Positions 43,801 through 57,000 of a stretch of 64,000 bases of DNA are shown here, piece by piece. Below the pieces are notes generated by a model. It was not told the DNA's origin and made no database searches. It saw nothing but the letters and a program-made list of their open reading frames with translations. Position 1 is the stretch's first letter, and each line of letters opens with the position of its first letter. A program made the translations under genes and the position numbers. The stretch is from Antedon mediterranea (taxonomy: Eukaryota > Animalia > Echinodermata): contig NC_092679.1 of NCBI RefSeq assembly GCF_964355755.1, positions 11,453,432-11,517,431 of the forward strand. The letters are read 5' to 3'.

Positions 43801-46800
43801 TTTTCACAAAGTTTCAATACAAAATAACTTTCGGTTTTTAATCTATGATCAATCATTTAAATTCATAAAATCGCGCGTAACTTACGCTGCGCAACTCAAA
43901 ATTCATAAAAAAAAGTTTCTTGCACATCTACAGCAACAGGGCAATCTTTTGACAAAGTTATACAATCATATGTTGGCCAGAGTTAGAGATACGCTGCGAA
44001 CAAAATTCGTGGAAAGAAAGAAGAACATAGAAAAAAAAAAAAAAGAAAAAACTAGATTTGAACTCGTCACTACGGACGAGTTAGGTTATCCGCAGCGCAA
44101 AAGCCACGTGCACGTCGTACGTTAGAATATTGCGCGCAGAAAAACGATTATGCCATTGAAAAAATGTTAGTGAGCCCTCTATTTTGTGTCGCGTCTAAGT
44201 GTGTACGGTATACACTATATACTGTATACGTACTACATACAGTGCAGAATAGGTGAAAATAAGTGACCAAAGTTATTGACGCATTTGAACATGATGACGT
44301 CATCACAATTTAAAAAATGGTAGATTATGCGAAAGATAATTGATTGGCCTAGACAATATAACAAAATGGTGAGAAATGGAATACGGATAAGTGAAGATGC
44401 GCTCTATTAAATGTGATGAGCTATGCGAAAGAGAGAAAAATCCTATATTTTATATTCGAGTGGCCATACGATGACGTCACAATGTCCGGTTAGCCATATC
44501 GATGCATGATTTGTTATCTACAACTCATCTACTTCCGGAATCTGAAATTTTAAAAAAGTTCCCCACGGAGTTTAGAATCTATGACTGTTTTAAAAAAGGC
44601 ATAATTTTGACAAATTTTTGAACTTTTTCATAAAAAACGCGCGCAAATTGTTCAATTCTACGTGCTCGTATGACGTGATTTTAAGTCGAAATTGATTGAA
44701 AATTGGTAAATTTACTAGAAAAGGCTGAAAAAACAAAAATCAAGCAAAAAATTTATGTTTATGCGCTAAGTGCGCACGCGCGCGTAAAAAAATTGCGCAC
44801 GCCTGGGAATTTTTGAAATGTTCAAAATGACCTGAAACGCGTAGAAAGTTGATTAGAAATTAATTTTACGCATTTTGAAATTTTAAACGCGCGTGCGCGC
44901 GTAACTTTATGTGAAACATGCCATTTTTAATCCATAGAAAGTTTGCGCATGATATGACTTAAATTTTCACCGAGTTTCAATACAAAATGACTTTTTGTTT
45001 TTAATCTATGATCAATCATTGAAATTCATATAATTGCGCGTAACTTACGCTGCGCGTCTCGAAATTCGAAAAAAAAAATGTCATGCACATCTACAGATCC
45101 AGGCAAATCTTATAACAAAGTTATAGAATTATATGTTGGCTAGAATTAGAGATACGCTGCGAACAAAATTCGTGGAAAGAAAGAAGAATAAAGAAAAAAA
45201 AAAAACTAGATTTGAACTCGTCACTACGGACGAGTTAGGTTATCCGCAGCGCAAAAGCCACGTGCACGTCATACGTTAGAATATTGCGCGCAAAAAAACG
45301 ATTACGGCATTGAAAAAATGTTAGTGCGCTCTCTATTTTGCGTCACGTCTAAGTATATACGGTATAACACTATATATTGTATACGTACTACATACAGTGC
45401 AGAATAGGTGAAAATAAGTGACCAAAGTTATTGACGCTTTTGGACATGATGACGTCATCACAATTTAAAAAATCGTAGATTATGCGAAAGATAATCGATT
45501 GGCCTAGACAATATAACAAAATGGGAGGAAATGAAACACGGATAAGTGGAGATGCGCTCTATTAAATGTGATGAGCTATGCGAAAGAGACAAAAATCCTA
45601 TATTTTATATTCGAGTGGCCATACTATGACGTCACAATGTCCGGTTAGGCATATCGATAAATGATTTTTTATCTACAACTCATCTACTTCCAGAATCTGA
45701 AATTTTAAAAAAGTTCACCACGGAGTTTAGAATCTATGACTGTTTTAAAAAAGGCATAATTTTGACGAATTTTTGAACTTTTTCATCAAAAACGCGCGCA
45801 AATTGTTCAATTCTACGTGCTCGTATGACGTGATTTTAAGTCGAAATTGATTGAAAATTGGTAAATTTACTAGAAAAGGCTGAAAAAACAAAAATCAAGC
45901 AAAAAAAAGATGTTTTTGCCCTAAGTGCGCACGCGCGCGTAAAAAAATTGCGCATGCGTGGGAATTTTTGAAATGTTTAAAATGACCTGGAACGCGTAGA
46001 AAGTTGATTAGAAATTAATTTTACGCATTTTGAAATTTTAAACGCACGTGCGCGCGTAACTTTATGTGAAACATGCCATTTTTAATCCATAGAAAGTTTG
46101 CGCATGATATGACTTAAATTTTCACCGAGTTTCAATACAAAATGACTTTTAGTTTTTAATCTATGATCAATCATTGAAATTCATAAAATCGCGCGTAACT
46201 TACGCTGCGCGACTCAAAATTCGAAAAAAAAAATGTCCTGCACATCTACAGCTACAGGCCAATCTTATAACAAAGTTATAGAATCATATGTTGGCTAGAA
46301 TTAGAGATACGCTGCGAACAAAATTCGTGGAAAGAAAGAAGAATATCGAAAAAAAAAAAAAAGATCCTGACAATAACAAGGGGTTATCCGCCAAGTGCGG
46401 ATAACCAAAAAAAAAAAAAAAAAAAAAACTAGATTTGAACTCGTCACTACGGACGAGTTAGGTTATCCGCAGCGCAAAAGCCACGTGCACCATACGTTAG
46501 AATATTGCGCGCAGAAAAACGATTAAGGCATTGAAACAATTTCAGTGTGCTCTCTATTTTTCGTCACGTCTAAGTATATACGGTATACGCTATATTCTGT
46601 ATACGTACTACATACAGTGCAGAATAGGTGAAAATAAGGGACCAAAGTTATTGACGCTTTTCGACATGATGACGTCATCACAATTTAGAAAATTGTAGAT
46701 TATGCGAAAGATAATTGATTGGTCTAGACAATATAACAAAATGGGAGGAAATGGAATACGGATAAGTGTAGATGCGCTCTATTAAATGTGATGAGCTATG

Positions 46801-47827
46801 CGAAAGAGACAAAAATCCTATATTTTATATTCAAGTGGCCATACGATGACGTCAGAATGTCCGGTTAGCCATATCGATGCATGACTTGATATCTACAACT
46901 CATCTACTTCCAGAATCTGAAATTTAAAAAAAGTTCACCACGGAGTTTAGAATCTATGACTGTTTTAAAAAAGGCATAATTTTGACGAATTTTTGAACTT
47001 TTTCATCAAAAACGCGCACAAATTGCTCAATTCTACGTGCTCGTATGACGTGATTTTAAATCGAAATTGATTGAAAATTGGTAAATTTACTAGAAAAGGC
47101 TGAAAAAACAAAAATCCATCAAAAAAAAGATGTTTTTGCGCTACCTGCGCACGCGCGCGTAAGAAAAGTGCGCATGCGTGGGAATTTTTGAAATGCTCAA
47201 AATGACATAAAACGCGTAGAAAGTTGATTAGAAATGAATTTTGCGCATTTTGAAATTTTGAACGCGCGTGCGCGCGTAACTTTATGTAGAACATGCCATT
47301 TTTAATCGATAGAAAGTTTGCGCATGATATGACTTAAATTTTCACCAAGTTTCAATACAAAATTACTTTTGGTTTTTAATCTATGATCAATCATTGAAAT
47401 TCATAAAATCGCGCGTAACTTACGCTGCGCAACTCTAAAGTTAAAAAACGAAACGTCCTGCACATCTACAGCTAGAGGTCAATTTTATGACAAAGTTACA
47501 CAATCTTATATTGGCCAGAATTAGAGATACGCTGCGAACAAAATTCCGGGAAAGAAAGAAGAATAAGATAGAAAAAAAAAAAAAAGAAAAAAAAAAAAGA
47601 TCCTGACAATAACAAGAGGTTATCCGCCAAGTGCGGATAACCAAAAAAGATCCTGACAATAACAAGGGGTTATCCGCCAAGTGCGGATAACCAAAAAAAG
47701 AAAAAAAAAAAGATCCTGACAATAACAAGAGGTTATCCGCCAAGTGCGGATAACCAAAAAAAAAAAAAAAAGAAAAAAAAAAAGATCCTGACAATAACAA
47801 GGGGTTATCCGCCAAGTGCGGATAACC
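37880..47827 (-). mobile_element. Nested cluster of eight ~1.2-kb HINE/DINE-1-like non-autonomous Helentrons
   Basis: Element on the minus strand: 5' palindromic subTIR GGTTATCCGCACTTGGCGGATAACC, poly(T) tract, ~1.15-kb body, 3' subTIR TGCGGATAACC, stem-loop AACTCGTC-CGTAGT-GACGAGTT, terminal CTAG, between T residues, no TSD. Plus-strand bodies start at 37880, 39033, 40257, 41615, 42890, 44052, 45206 and 46429, with a ~100-bp 3'-end fragment at 41407. The 44-bp heads start at 40207, 42795, 42844, 46363, 47599, 47649, 47712 and 47784. Confidence 0.88.
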
Positions 47828-50249
47828 AATTATCTGAAAACGTATTTGCAAAACTGAAGCAACACAGATATATCGGTCACTTCTCACTTGCAGCACTGAG
47901 ATAATGTGTCATAAGTAACTAGCAATATTAACAATGTCAATGTTATTGAATGTATATATTATTTAAGTTCAATTGTCCATCTCTCTGGGTTTTCCGCATC
48001 ATTTTGAGTGTATCGATGTGCACCCAATTGAACATTACCGGGTTCATAGAGACAATCAAACTTGACAAATAGAAATCAAAATGTCTAGAAAACTACTCCA
48101 CGGATTCACTGTCCAAGACGATAAAAAGAAGACAATTCAGAAAATCCAGAATTCTGAAATAATTTTAAAATAGACCAACATATACTATACACTACAGTAC
48201 GAGTATGCTAACCTAACCCATATTACAGGAACACATGAACATTAATGGAAATATGTTACTATATTTTCCAAATGTAACATGATAATAATTATATGTACAA
48301 TATAACTACCTCTAACATTTCATTATAATTCATTCCATTTCCGTAATATAAAAACTTATTTTTCATTATTCAGCATTTAATAACATCTCAATTATGTATT
48401 TTTTTTTATCCCTAGAAAAAATATTAGATCTAATAATTGATAATGGAATATTTAAAAGTATATGCCTAAATGAAATGTAACTTATAGATTAATTTTTTTG
48501 TTTAGCTCTGAAGAAGCTTCTTTCAAAATATCGAATATATAATAACAAATATATTGTTGAACCCTCTTTTGGAATACCCCCATTGTATTAAGGGACACAT
48601 TCGCGTGAAAGGAGGGACAAGATATATGTTTGTTTTTCGCCTATTAAGGAGAGTGGCACACTTTTGAATGTGTCAAATAATTGGTTTAATAAAAAAAAAA
48701 GACCAATAATATTCGTTTATATAGTTATTAATTCTAAAATATGGATATCATAAAAATGATGATGCTTTCTTTGGCTTGACAGTTTTCATTGGTGAATCGT
48801 TGGCTGCTAACGTTTCAATTCTTCTCAATTCCTTGTGTCCAGATCAATTAGTGTTCATTTTGGATTTTTTTTTTTTTTTTGCCCGTGAACTCCCTATTAA
48901 AAGGACATATTGAGTTTTTAGTTGTCCCTTGAATAGGAGGATCCGTAATCAGTAGACACCACTATACAAAAAGGGCTATTTTTCTTAAAAGTGTCCTACC
49001 GTATTTGTTTATTATTTGTATATGGAAATTTATTTTCTCTGATCATTTTTTAAATATTATTTTGAGTAGAAACTCTCTGTCTTACATGGTTCTAATTACA
49101 CAGATAGTATCATCGCTGTTGTTATTCTCTAATTTGATTGCTACATTTTCAGGTCAATGAATCGTTCAAAACAGGACGAACAAACTATGTTATTCAGGTA
49201 TCTTCGGATTTCCCTTCCCGGGTTAAAATCAGTCTCATTGCAACAAAACAATCTAACAAAGCTGTTCGATATTAACAAATAACAACCCGATTTAATTGGA
49301 TGCGAAGGAGAGGGGGTTTCTTCGTACCGATCTGAGTAATTGCACTATAAATCTTACGTCAATTCTGTCTATAACCGATGACGGGACCTCCTCTATAGAA
49401 AACATTACGCGCATGATTACTGTACAAAGAATTGGAGTATTTATGACCAATGTAGGGTGTATGTGACGGCTGTTTTATAGTACATGGTATCCTGTATCAT
49501 ATCGAGGGCTTTAATCGAATTTACAGTGGCTTTGGTAACATTTCAAATTCCGTAATCCTTTCGGTATAGCGCTTATGTTTTTGCTCAAGCGTAACACAGC
49601 GTATCGGTTATAAAACGAAACGAAGTTATTATAAAATTAACGAAGCACACAACAATCTAAGACAAAAAAGTAACCATTTTTATTTATTTAAGTTTCAAGA
49701 ATTGTTTTAAAGCATAATTTGATTAATAGATAGCCAGATAAAAATAAAAGTTAATTATAAAAGAATATTAAGATCATTCATTTTAATATTCATTTAATTT
49801 CAAGCAAACGTTTATTCTTCTATAATAAATACAGTAGAAACTACTGAAAGGCAAGCCCACACAGAAAAGACAAAACCACAGCAAAATAAGTTATAAACAG
49901 ATGCTGCAGTACAATAATTAAAAAAGAAGGCTGCTCACAAAAATCAGTACCATATTATAGATAAAATGTAAAAATATTGTTAATTTGAGATTAAAAGGTT
50001 TTTTTTTAGGATTTGACATAAAACTTCTGCTGTCAACGGATGTCAATGCAATTTATTATTGGAATTAAGGTACTTATGGGGTGTTCACACGTATGGCGTA
50101 AGGCTGGCTTACGCCTAACGTAGTTTATGCATTTGTGTGTGAACTAGGCAGTGGCAACTCAATACGCCACGTCCCTGGCGTCATTAACGACAGCTACAAA
50201 CCCCATCTCAATTAACGCAAACGACGCGTGGATAATGTTTATCTAATTT

Positions 50250-50450
50250 CATATCAATCAATTATTTTATAAACTGTCCAAAGATGTCGAGTTTCTAAAA
50301 ATGTAAAGGCAGATTGTTCCAGATTCTAGGTCCTTTTGAAATGTCCAACAGCATTTCCTCACTTCGGGAGCGCTGCAAAACTTTTATCGGAAAATTAAGA
50401 GAAAAATGAAAACGTGATTCCATGGGTAACCAATTCAACAGTGGTGTTAA
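50250..50450 (-). mobile_element. Degenerate CR1/L2-type LINE ORF2 3' remnant
   Basis: Minus-strand translation gives TPLLNWLPMESRF (~50410-50450) and SKGPRIWNNLPLH (50339-50301), motifs typical of the C-terminal part of CR1/L2 ORF2. Interrupted by stops and frameshifts. Confidence 0.5.
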
Positions 50451-52386
50451 ATAGATTCAGCAATTATCAAAATTTAAATAAGCTTAACCTTATACCTTGA
50501 ATATCAGTGATGTCATGATGTCCATTGTAACGACTATGTTATTTCAATGTGAGGAATTATGTTCACACAAAACAAAACTAATTTGGTTACAAAAGCGTTG
50601 TAAATTTTGTTGATATATTAAACTTACATTGTCACCTCACTTGTCTAATAATGATAGCATTTTAAACAGTTTGTAAATGATTCTCGGCACTGTCATTGTT
50701 TAGAACAAAATACCTGTTCAAATCCAACAATGCTCTTCTATTCACAATTTAAATTTAATTATTAGTTTAAAAAAAATTATAATAGGCCTACATTTCTTTT
50801 AAAAAAATAAATAAAATTTACTAAGCAGAATAAGGGCTGGGTTAGATTTATATGTCAATGGTTGGACGAACTCTTCCAATGTGAACATACATTTGGATTC
50901 TGGGAAACAAAATTGTCGATCCCCAATTTGTATTTATATATTATGTAACGGATTCTGCCACAAAAAGAAAGACAATTTAATGCCAGTAGGCCCCTGACTT
51001 GCGTACGATGTTCTGTTTATGTAGACCTACAAAACTAAGCCTACCGTCCACCGAGAGGATGTTCGACGTGAGCTACTTAGGTAATGCATTGTTTTTTTTT
51101 TAAATTAACCATAAAACGTGCATTTAAGACAATTAATGGTTTATTGTTTTAAAATTAAAATAGGCCTATGCTATGCAAAAAAACGTCAACAATTTAAAAA
51201 ATAGAATTAAATAACTGAATATAAACGTAATTCGTAACGTACCAGGGCGTCGGAAAATTATTAAAGAAGGGCTTCTTTTCCGGATGTTCAACTATTGATA
51301 AAGAAATGTTACGATATTCTAACTACACAGGCATGTAAGCGATATAAACGTAGGCTTCTGTGGCAAACGTTGTAAAAATCAAATAATTTTTATTTGTTTG
51401 GTCCTTCATGCTGGAAAATGAGTGAGAGTGAAGCGGGTGGAGAGAATAGAGAATGTCGTATCTATTTTGTGTTTTATTTTATTTTAGTAATGCAAACACA
51501 TTAGGCCTATACAAACATAACAATACAACAAATAGCTAGATTGCGCCAAGGAGTGGCAAAAGAGGCCAACAGCTTCTGTCGCCAATTAGGCGTGCCACTC
51601 CAACAAAAAAGCTAAAACGTACAGAAATCAATATAAATATATAATAAAATTATATGGTTTTACAATGATTTTTTAAAATATCTTTAAAATGTGTCCAAAT
51701 TTTGCATAGAAATGAATTTCTGTGTGTTATTCAAGCTGATTGATTAAGGTTTTAGTAACAATAAAATGAATATACGGAAACTAAACTACACTTTACCATA
51801 GAGGGCGTTATAGAGAAACCTCATGTGTTGACGAGCAAGAAACTTTACGTTTTGATTTTATAATGGACAAATGAACACATGGATACGAATCAGGCTGAAA
51901 TCAAACGTTCTATGTATTTTGCCGACAGAGCGCGGACGACCCACCCCCACCCGCATAGGCGAACGCGAGTGCCGATTAGTGACGTATCTCAATTGCCAAT
52001 CCCAGATCAAGTGTCGGGGTTTGAATTTGATAAGCAAGCTGCCACTGACTTATTTTTAAGTTTAGGTTGTGAAGTGTGATGATTTTGTATTTTTAGCCTT
52101 TGTTTGCAACGTACTAAAACATGATCAGTGCGAAAGTCTGCAGAGTGCAGAATTCGGCAATGAATGACTTCAGATGTTCCCTTTCGACAACTACAACAAT
52201 TCTGTCACTCGCTGGAATCTAACAATTTGAAATAGAAACACTGACATAATTATTTACATGTCATAAGGAATAGGAACATTATTTTTGTTAGGCCCCTATT
52301 TGGTAACATTTATTAAACAAATGGCAATTAAATAATGATGATATCACTTCAATGAACGATATAAAGGTAATGATATACAAATGTTT

Positions 52387-52925
52387 ACTGGGCTGAGGAG
52401 CATGGTTAAAAATATAGCCCGAGGTGATATGGAGACTATACTATATCCCGAGATGAAGTCCATGGATATAGTATGTCTCCAGATCACCGAGGGCTATATA
52501 TTTACCATGCCCCCGATGAAAGCCCAGTCAATATTTATGTTCTATACCACACAATTCGGCTGTAGGCATGTGTAAGTACCATGTAGGCTACTTGGTTGGA
52601 GTAGAGAGTGGACAGACACAGCCCATCGCTGCAAAGTAGGCAAACATCATCAAAAAGCATACATTTTGATAATTCGTCGCTTCCAGATATTCAGTCAGTA
52701 GGAGCTATAAAATTATTATTAATTGTACACCTCCATGTTTAGCTATAATATCTAGCTAAAGGCTAGCTACACAATCTTTGCGTCGCGCGTGTGTATAGAT
52801 CCGGCTGTATAATTGAAGAAACAGACAGTTTAGCCGGTCTATAGTTCGAGGGCATGGCGATAACTATAGACCAGCGGCGATTAACCAATCAGATGCCGTG
52901 AATTGAAAGGTACCGGTATAATAAT
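52387..52925. mobile_element. Interspersed repeat with a long internal hairpin (non-autonomous element, family uncertain)
   Basis: Imperfect ~140-bp hairpin at 52387-52528: ACTGGGCT...CATGG..AAA.ATATAGCCC..GGTGAT.TGGAGAC.ATACTATATCC pairs with GGATATAGTAT.GTCTCCA.ATCACC..GGGCTATAT.TTT.CCATG...AGCCCAGT. The right boundary is approximate. Confidence 0.45.
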
Positions 52926-54074
52926 ATTTTTAATAATACATAAGAATTATGAGAATAAGAATAATATTGCCCATTCCTCACAATACCACTTTTGAAAATT
53001 CAATTAATTTTAAACTTTAAAAATAACATAATTCCAACCATTTACATTTAGAGACATTACGCAGAAATACAGAATTCCCTGTCAGAATTTCATTGAAAAA
53101 AGAGCAACCATGCATCATGTACCTAAGAAAAATTAGATAATAGAGAATCTATACTTATTGACCGAACAAATTAATCAGTTTATGACAAGCAACGCCATTC
53201 AGCAGACAATAGTGACACAGGTTCAAGCTCAATATTATATAATTACCTGTTGCTTTGCCTTTACATTGTTTGTTGCTAAGATACACTGTTTTTTGTTCTT
53301 GTATAGTAGTGCTTGTGTGTCAATTTCTTTAATCTAATATTTAGAAGAATTGAGCAATGCATTCAATGACAACGTAAATGAAAATGATTGTTAGGTAGCA
53401 AACAAGATGATATCCTTGTCGACTAATTATAATATGGTGTGCGTGGCGTTTATTGAGTTGCATCATACACCACATTTATAACAAACGTTATCACTGCTTC
53501 ACTAAACATGTAGGTAGAGCAGACAGGAGAATGACGCTGCGCAATTACCGACTGTATATACAACTAGGATAGGGTAACCTGAGTTTTCTCGATGATATCA
53601 CTTTAATAAAAGGTACGTGGTTTTAAAATTCAATTCTTCCAAATTATTAAAAACGTGGAAAATGGTAGGGCTAATTATATAATAATTTTTTTCTAGGTGG
53701 TCATTTGAAGTACACTATATTGTGCATTATTCATTAAAAGAGTTATAATTAACAAAAAAATTAAACATTTTGAAATGTACTCTTACGTTATATCAAAATT
53801 TATTACTATTCAAATTATGATGTGATAAAAAGCTTTCGCTTCTCGTTCTCTCAGTAAACAATAATGCGATCATTTGAAGAACCTTGTGTGAAGTAGTGTC
53901 AGTACTTGGTAGGTTTTTAAATAGAAAACTTTTTATGGAACAATTTCAAAAAGTGTAAGTAATTTAAATAAAAACGTAATAGTATGTTTTATTTTATTTA
54001 TATTCATTATTTTAATACAGAATCTCTTTTTTAGAGTTTAATTTAAAAATCAGTTGTATTATTTAAAAACGAAA

Positions 54075-57000
54075 ATGTCTGCTGAAAAAGAAAAAACAGT
54101 TACTTTTAAAGAAAATAATAAAGCTGATAAACAAGAAGAGAGACAAGAAGAGGAACAAAAAAAAAATAAAGACAAGGTGAAAATGCATAATGAGTATACA
54201 TCTGAGAAATCATGAACATTTATTACATGTCATCATTAGCATTGATTAGCCAGTAAAAGACGAAAAAGAGATTCTTTATCTAGTTACCATAAATCCAATT
54301 ATCTAGCTATCTATCAAGGAGAGAACGTAGGAAATCATTCGCCTATGAATATTATTCTATATTATTAGTTACCATTCGGCGTAAAAATCAGCCTTTATCT
54401 AATTACTGAAAACACAAAAAAACCATCAACTTTTCAAATTATTAGTTCAGTAACTCTTCTTGATTATTAATATTTAAAAGCTATTATCCATCTATTATTT
54501 GCATATAATATTGAACATATGGGTTCATAGTTCAAAATGTATTTACATTGCAAACATAATTTATGATAATTATGACAATTTAGATATTTAATTATAAATT
54601 AACGAACTGTAATCAAGTACTGTACTAATGTAATTTACTACTACAGGAAGATGGACAGAACGTTGTCACCAGGTTCAAAGTATACATCAATGTAAGTATT
54701 AATAAAGTCATAGAATAATTTCCATCATTTGTCAACAAATAAAGTGAAATGTAGTCACCTAATTAATATTGCTCTTTATTTCAAGGCAAAGATTGAAAAC
54801 CAAGAGTTTTATGTCAATCCTGAAGGTGACGTCATCTTTTTGTGGATGGTAAGATTGATAACAATGTTAAACACACATGTAATTAGTTGACAACACTTAA
54901 TGTGTTGCAACTTAATTAATATCTTATCTTTACGATATTGCGATATTGCAAATTAACCATAGGGTGGCAGAATTTGCTGTCACTTCAAATCTAGTTTGAA
55001 TAATTTGTATTTTAATAACATAACATTGTTGTGGTCTTTCTCAAAGCGACTGGTAACCGTTGCAGTGGTATATAATTTTTGGATGATCATTTTACGAATC
55101 GCATTTAAAGAAATGCGTGAAGAGGTTTGTATATTAATTATACATTTCGTTAATATAATTATATTATTTAATTCCATTTGAGTTTATTCAAAAGAGTATA
55201 CTCTTAGTTTGCTTATATCAAAAAAGTTATTGATATTTGGAATGAGTTAATTATTGATATAATTTAGCCCTAATTAGTTAAAATGTTTAAATTTCATATG
55301 TATCTAACAGCAAAAATACTCGCCAATTACAGGATGAAAATGTAATTCCTGATTCATATTCCTTTCAGTATTAATATAAGATGTAATATTTCATAACATG
55401 ACCGAATATACTGTAAATCAAAGAATGGGTTGCAACAAATACGGTTTTTGTAACCTAATCTAAGAATCGATTTATGTTTAATAATCACGCACAATTTGTT
55501 ATTAAATGAGTTTGTCTATTATTACTATTTTTGTAATAAACTGAAATTATTGACTATAATATGTTGTAATTTACAATTTCAACAACACTACTTTCCTAAT
55601 AGGTTACACATCCATTTCAACAACACTACTTTCCTAATAGGTTACACGTCCATTTCAACAACACTACTTTCCTAATAGGTTACACATCCATTTCAACAAC
55701 ACTACTTTCCTAATAGGTTACACATCCATTTCAACAACACTACTTTCCTAATAGGTTACACATCCATTTCAACAACACTACTTTCCTAATAGGTTACACG
55801 TCCATTTCAACAACACTACTTTCCTAATAGGTTACACATCCATTTCAACAACACTACTTTCCTAATAGGTTACACATCCATTTCAACAACACTACTTTCC
55901 TAATAGGTTACACATCCATTTTAACAACACTACTTTCCTAATAGGTTACACATCCATTTCAACAACACTACTTTCCTAATAGGTTACACATCCATTTCAA
56001 CAACACTACTTTCCTATAGGTTACACATCCATTTCAACAACACTACTTTCCTAATAGGTTACACATCCATTTCAACAACACTACTTTCCTAATAGGTTAC
56101 ACATCCATTTCAACAACACTACTTTCCTAATAGGTTACACATCCATTTCAACAACACTACTTTCCTATAGGTTACACATTCATTTCAACAACACTACTTT
56201 CCTAATAGGTTACACATTCATTTCAACAACACTACTTTCCTAATAGGTTACACATCCATTTCAACAACACTACTTTCCTAATAGGTTACACATCCATTTC
56301 AACAACACTACTTTCCTAATAGGTTACACATCCATTTCAACAACACTACTTTCCTAATAGGTTACACATCAATTTCAACAACACTACTTTCCTAATAGGT
56401 TACACATCCATTTTAACAACACTACTTTCCTAATAGGTTACACATCCATTTCAACAACACTACTTTCCTAATAGGTTACACATCCATTTCAACAACACTA
56501 CTTTCCTAATAGGTTACACATCCATTTCAACAACACTACTTTCCTAATAGGTTACACATCCATTTCAACAACACTACTTTCCTAATAGGTTACACATCCA
56601 TTTCAACAACACTACTTTCCTAATAGGTTACACATCCATTTCAACAACACTACTTTCCTAATAGGTTACACATCCATTTCAACAACACTACTTTTCTAAT
56701 AGGTTACACATCCATTTCAACAACACTACTTTCCTAATAGGTTACACATCCATTTCAACAACACTACTTTCCTAATAGGTTACACATCCATTTCAACAAC
56801 ACTACTTTCCTAATAGGTTACACATCCATTTCAACAACACTACTTTCCTAATAGGTTACACATCCATTTCAACAACACTACTTTCCTAATAGGTTACACA
56901 TCCATTTCAACAACACTACTTTCCTAATAGGTTACACATCCATTTCAACAACACTACTTTCCTAATAGGTTACACATCCATTTCAACAACACTACTTTCC

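Noticed and set aside
47599-47827. Four 44-bp palindromic direct repeats with spacers, superficially CRISPR-like
   Set aside because: Spacers are only A tracts, the context is a spliced eukaryotic locus with no cas genes, and the repeats are the stacked 5' heads of the nested elements.
39964-47896. ORFs 39964..40248, 46965..47294, 47441..47896 and 47620..47829
   Set aside because: They lie in the non-coding HINE copies, the frames are not preserved between copies, and there are no Rep or helicase motifs.
48554-48946. Possible decayed pogo/Tigger-like MITE (TAAGGGACAC ... TGTCCCTT)
   Set aside because: Termini and TA TSD are not recoverable by eye.
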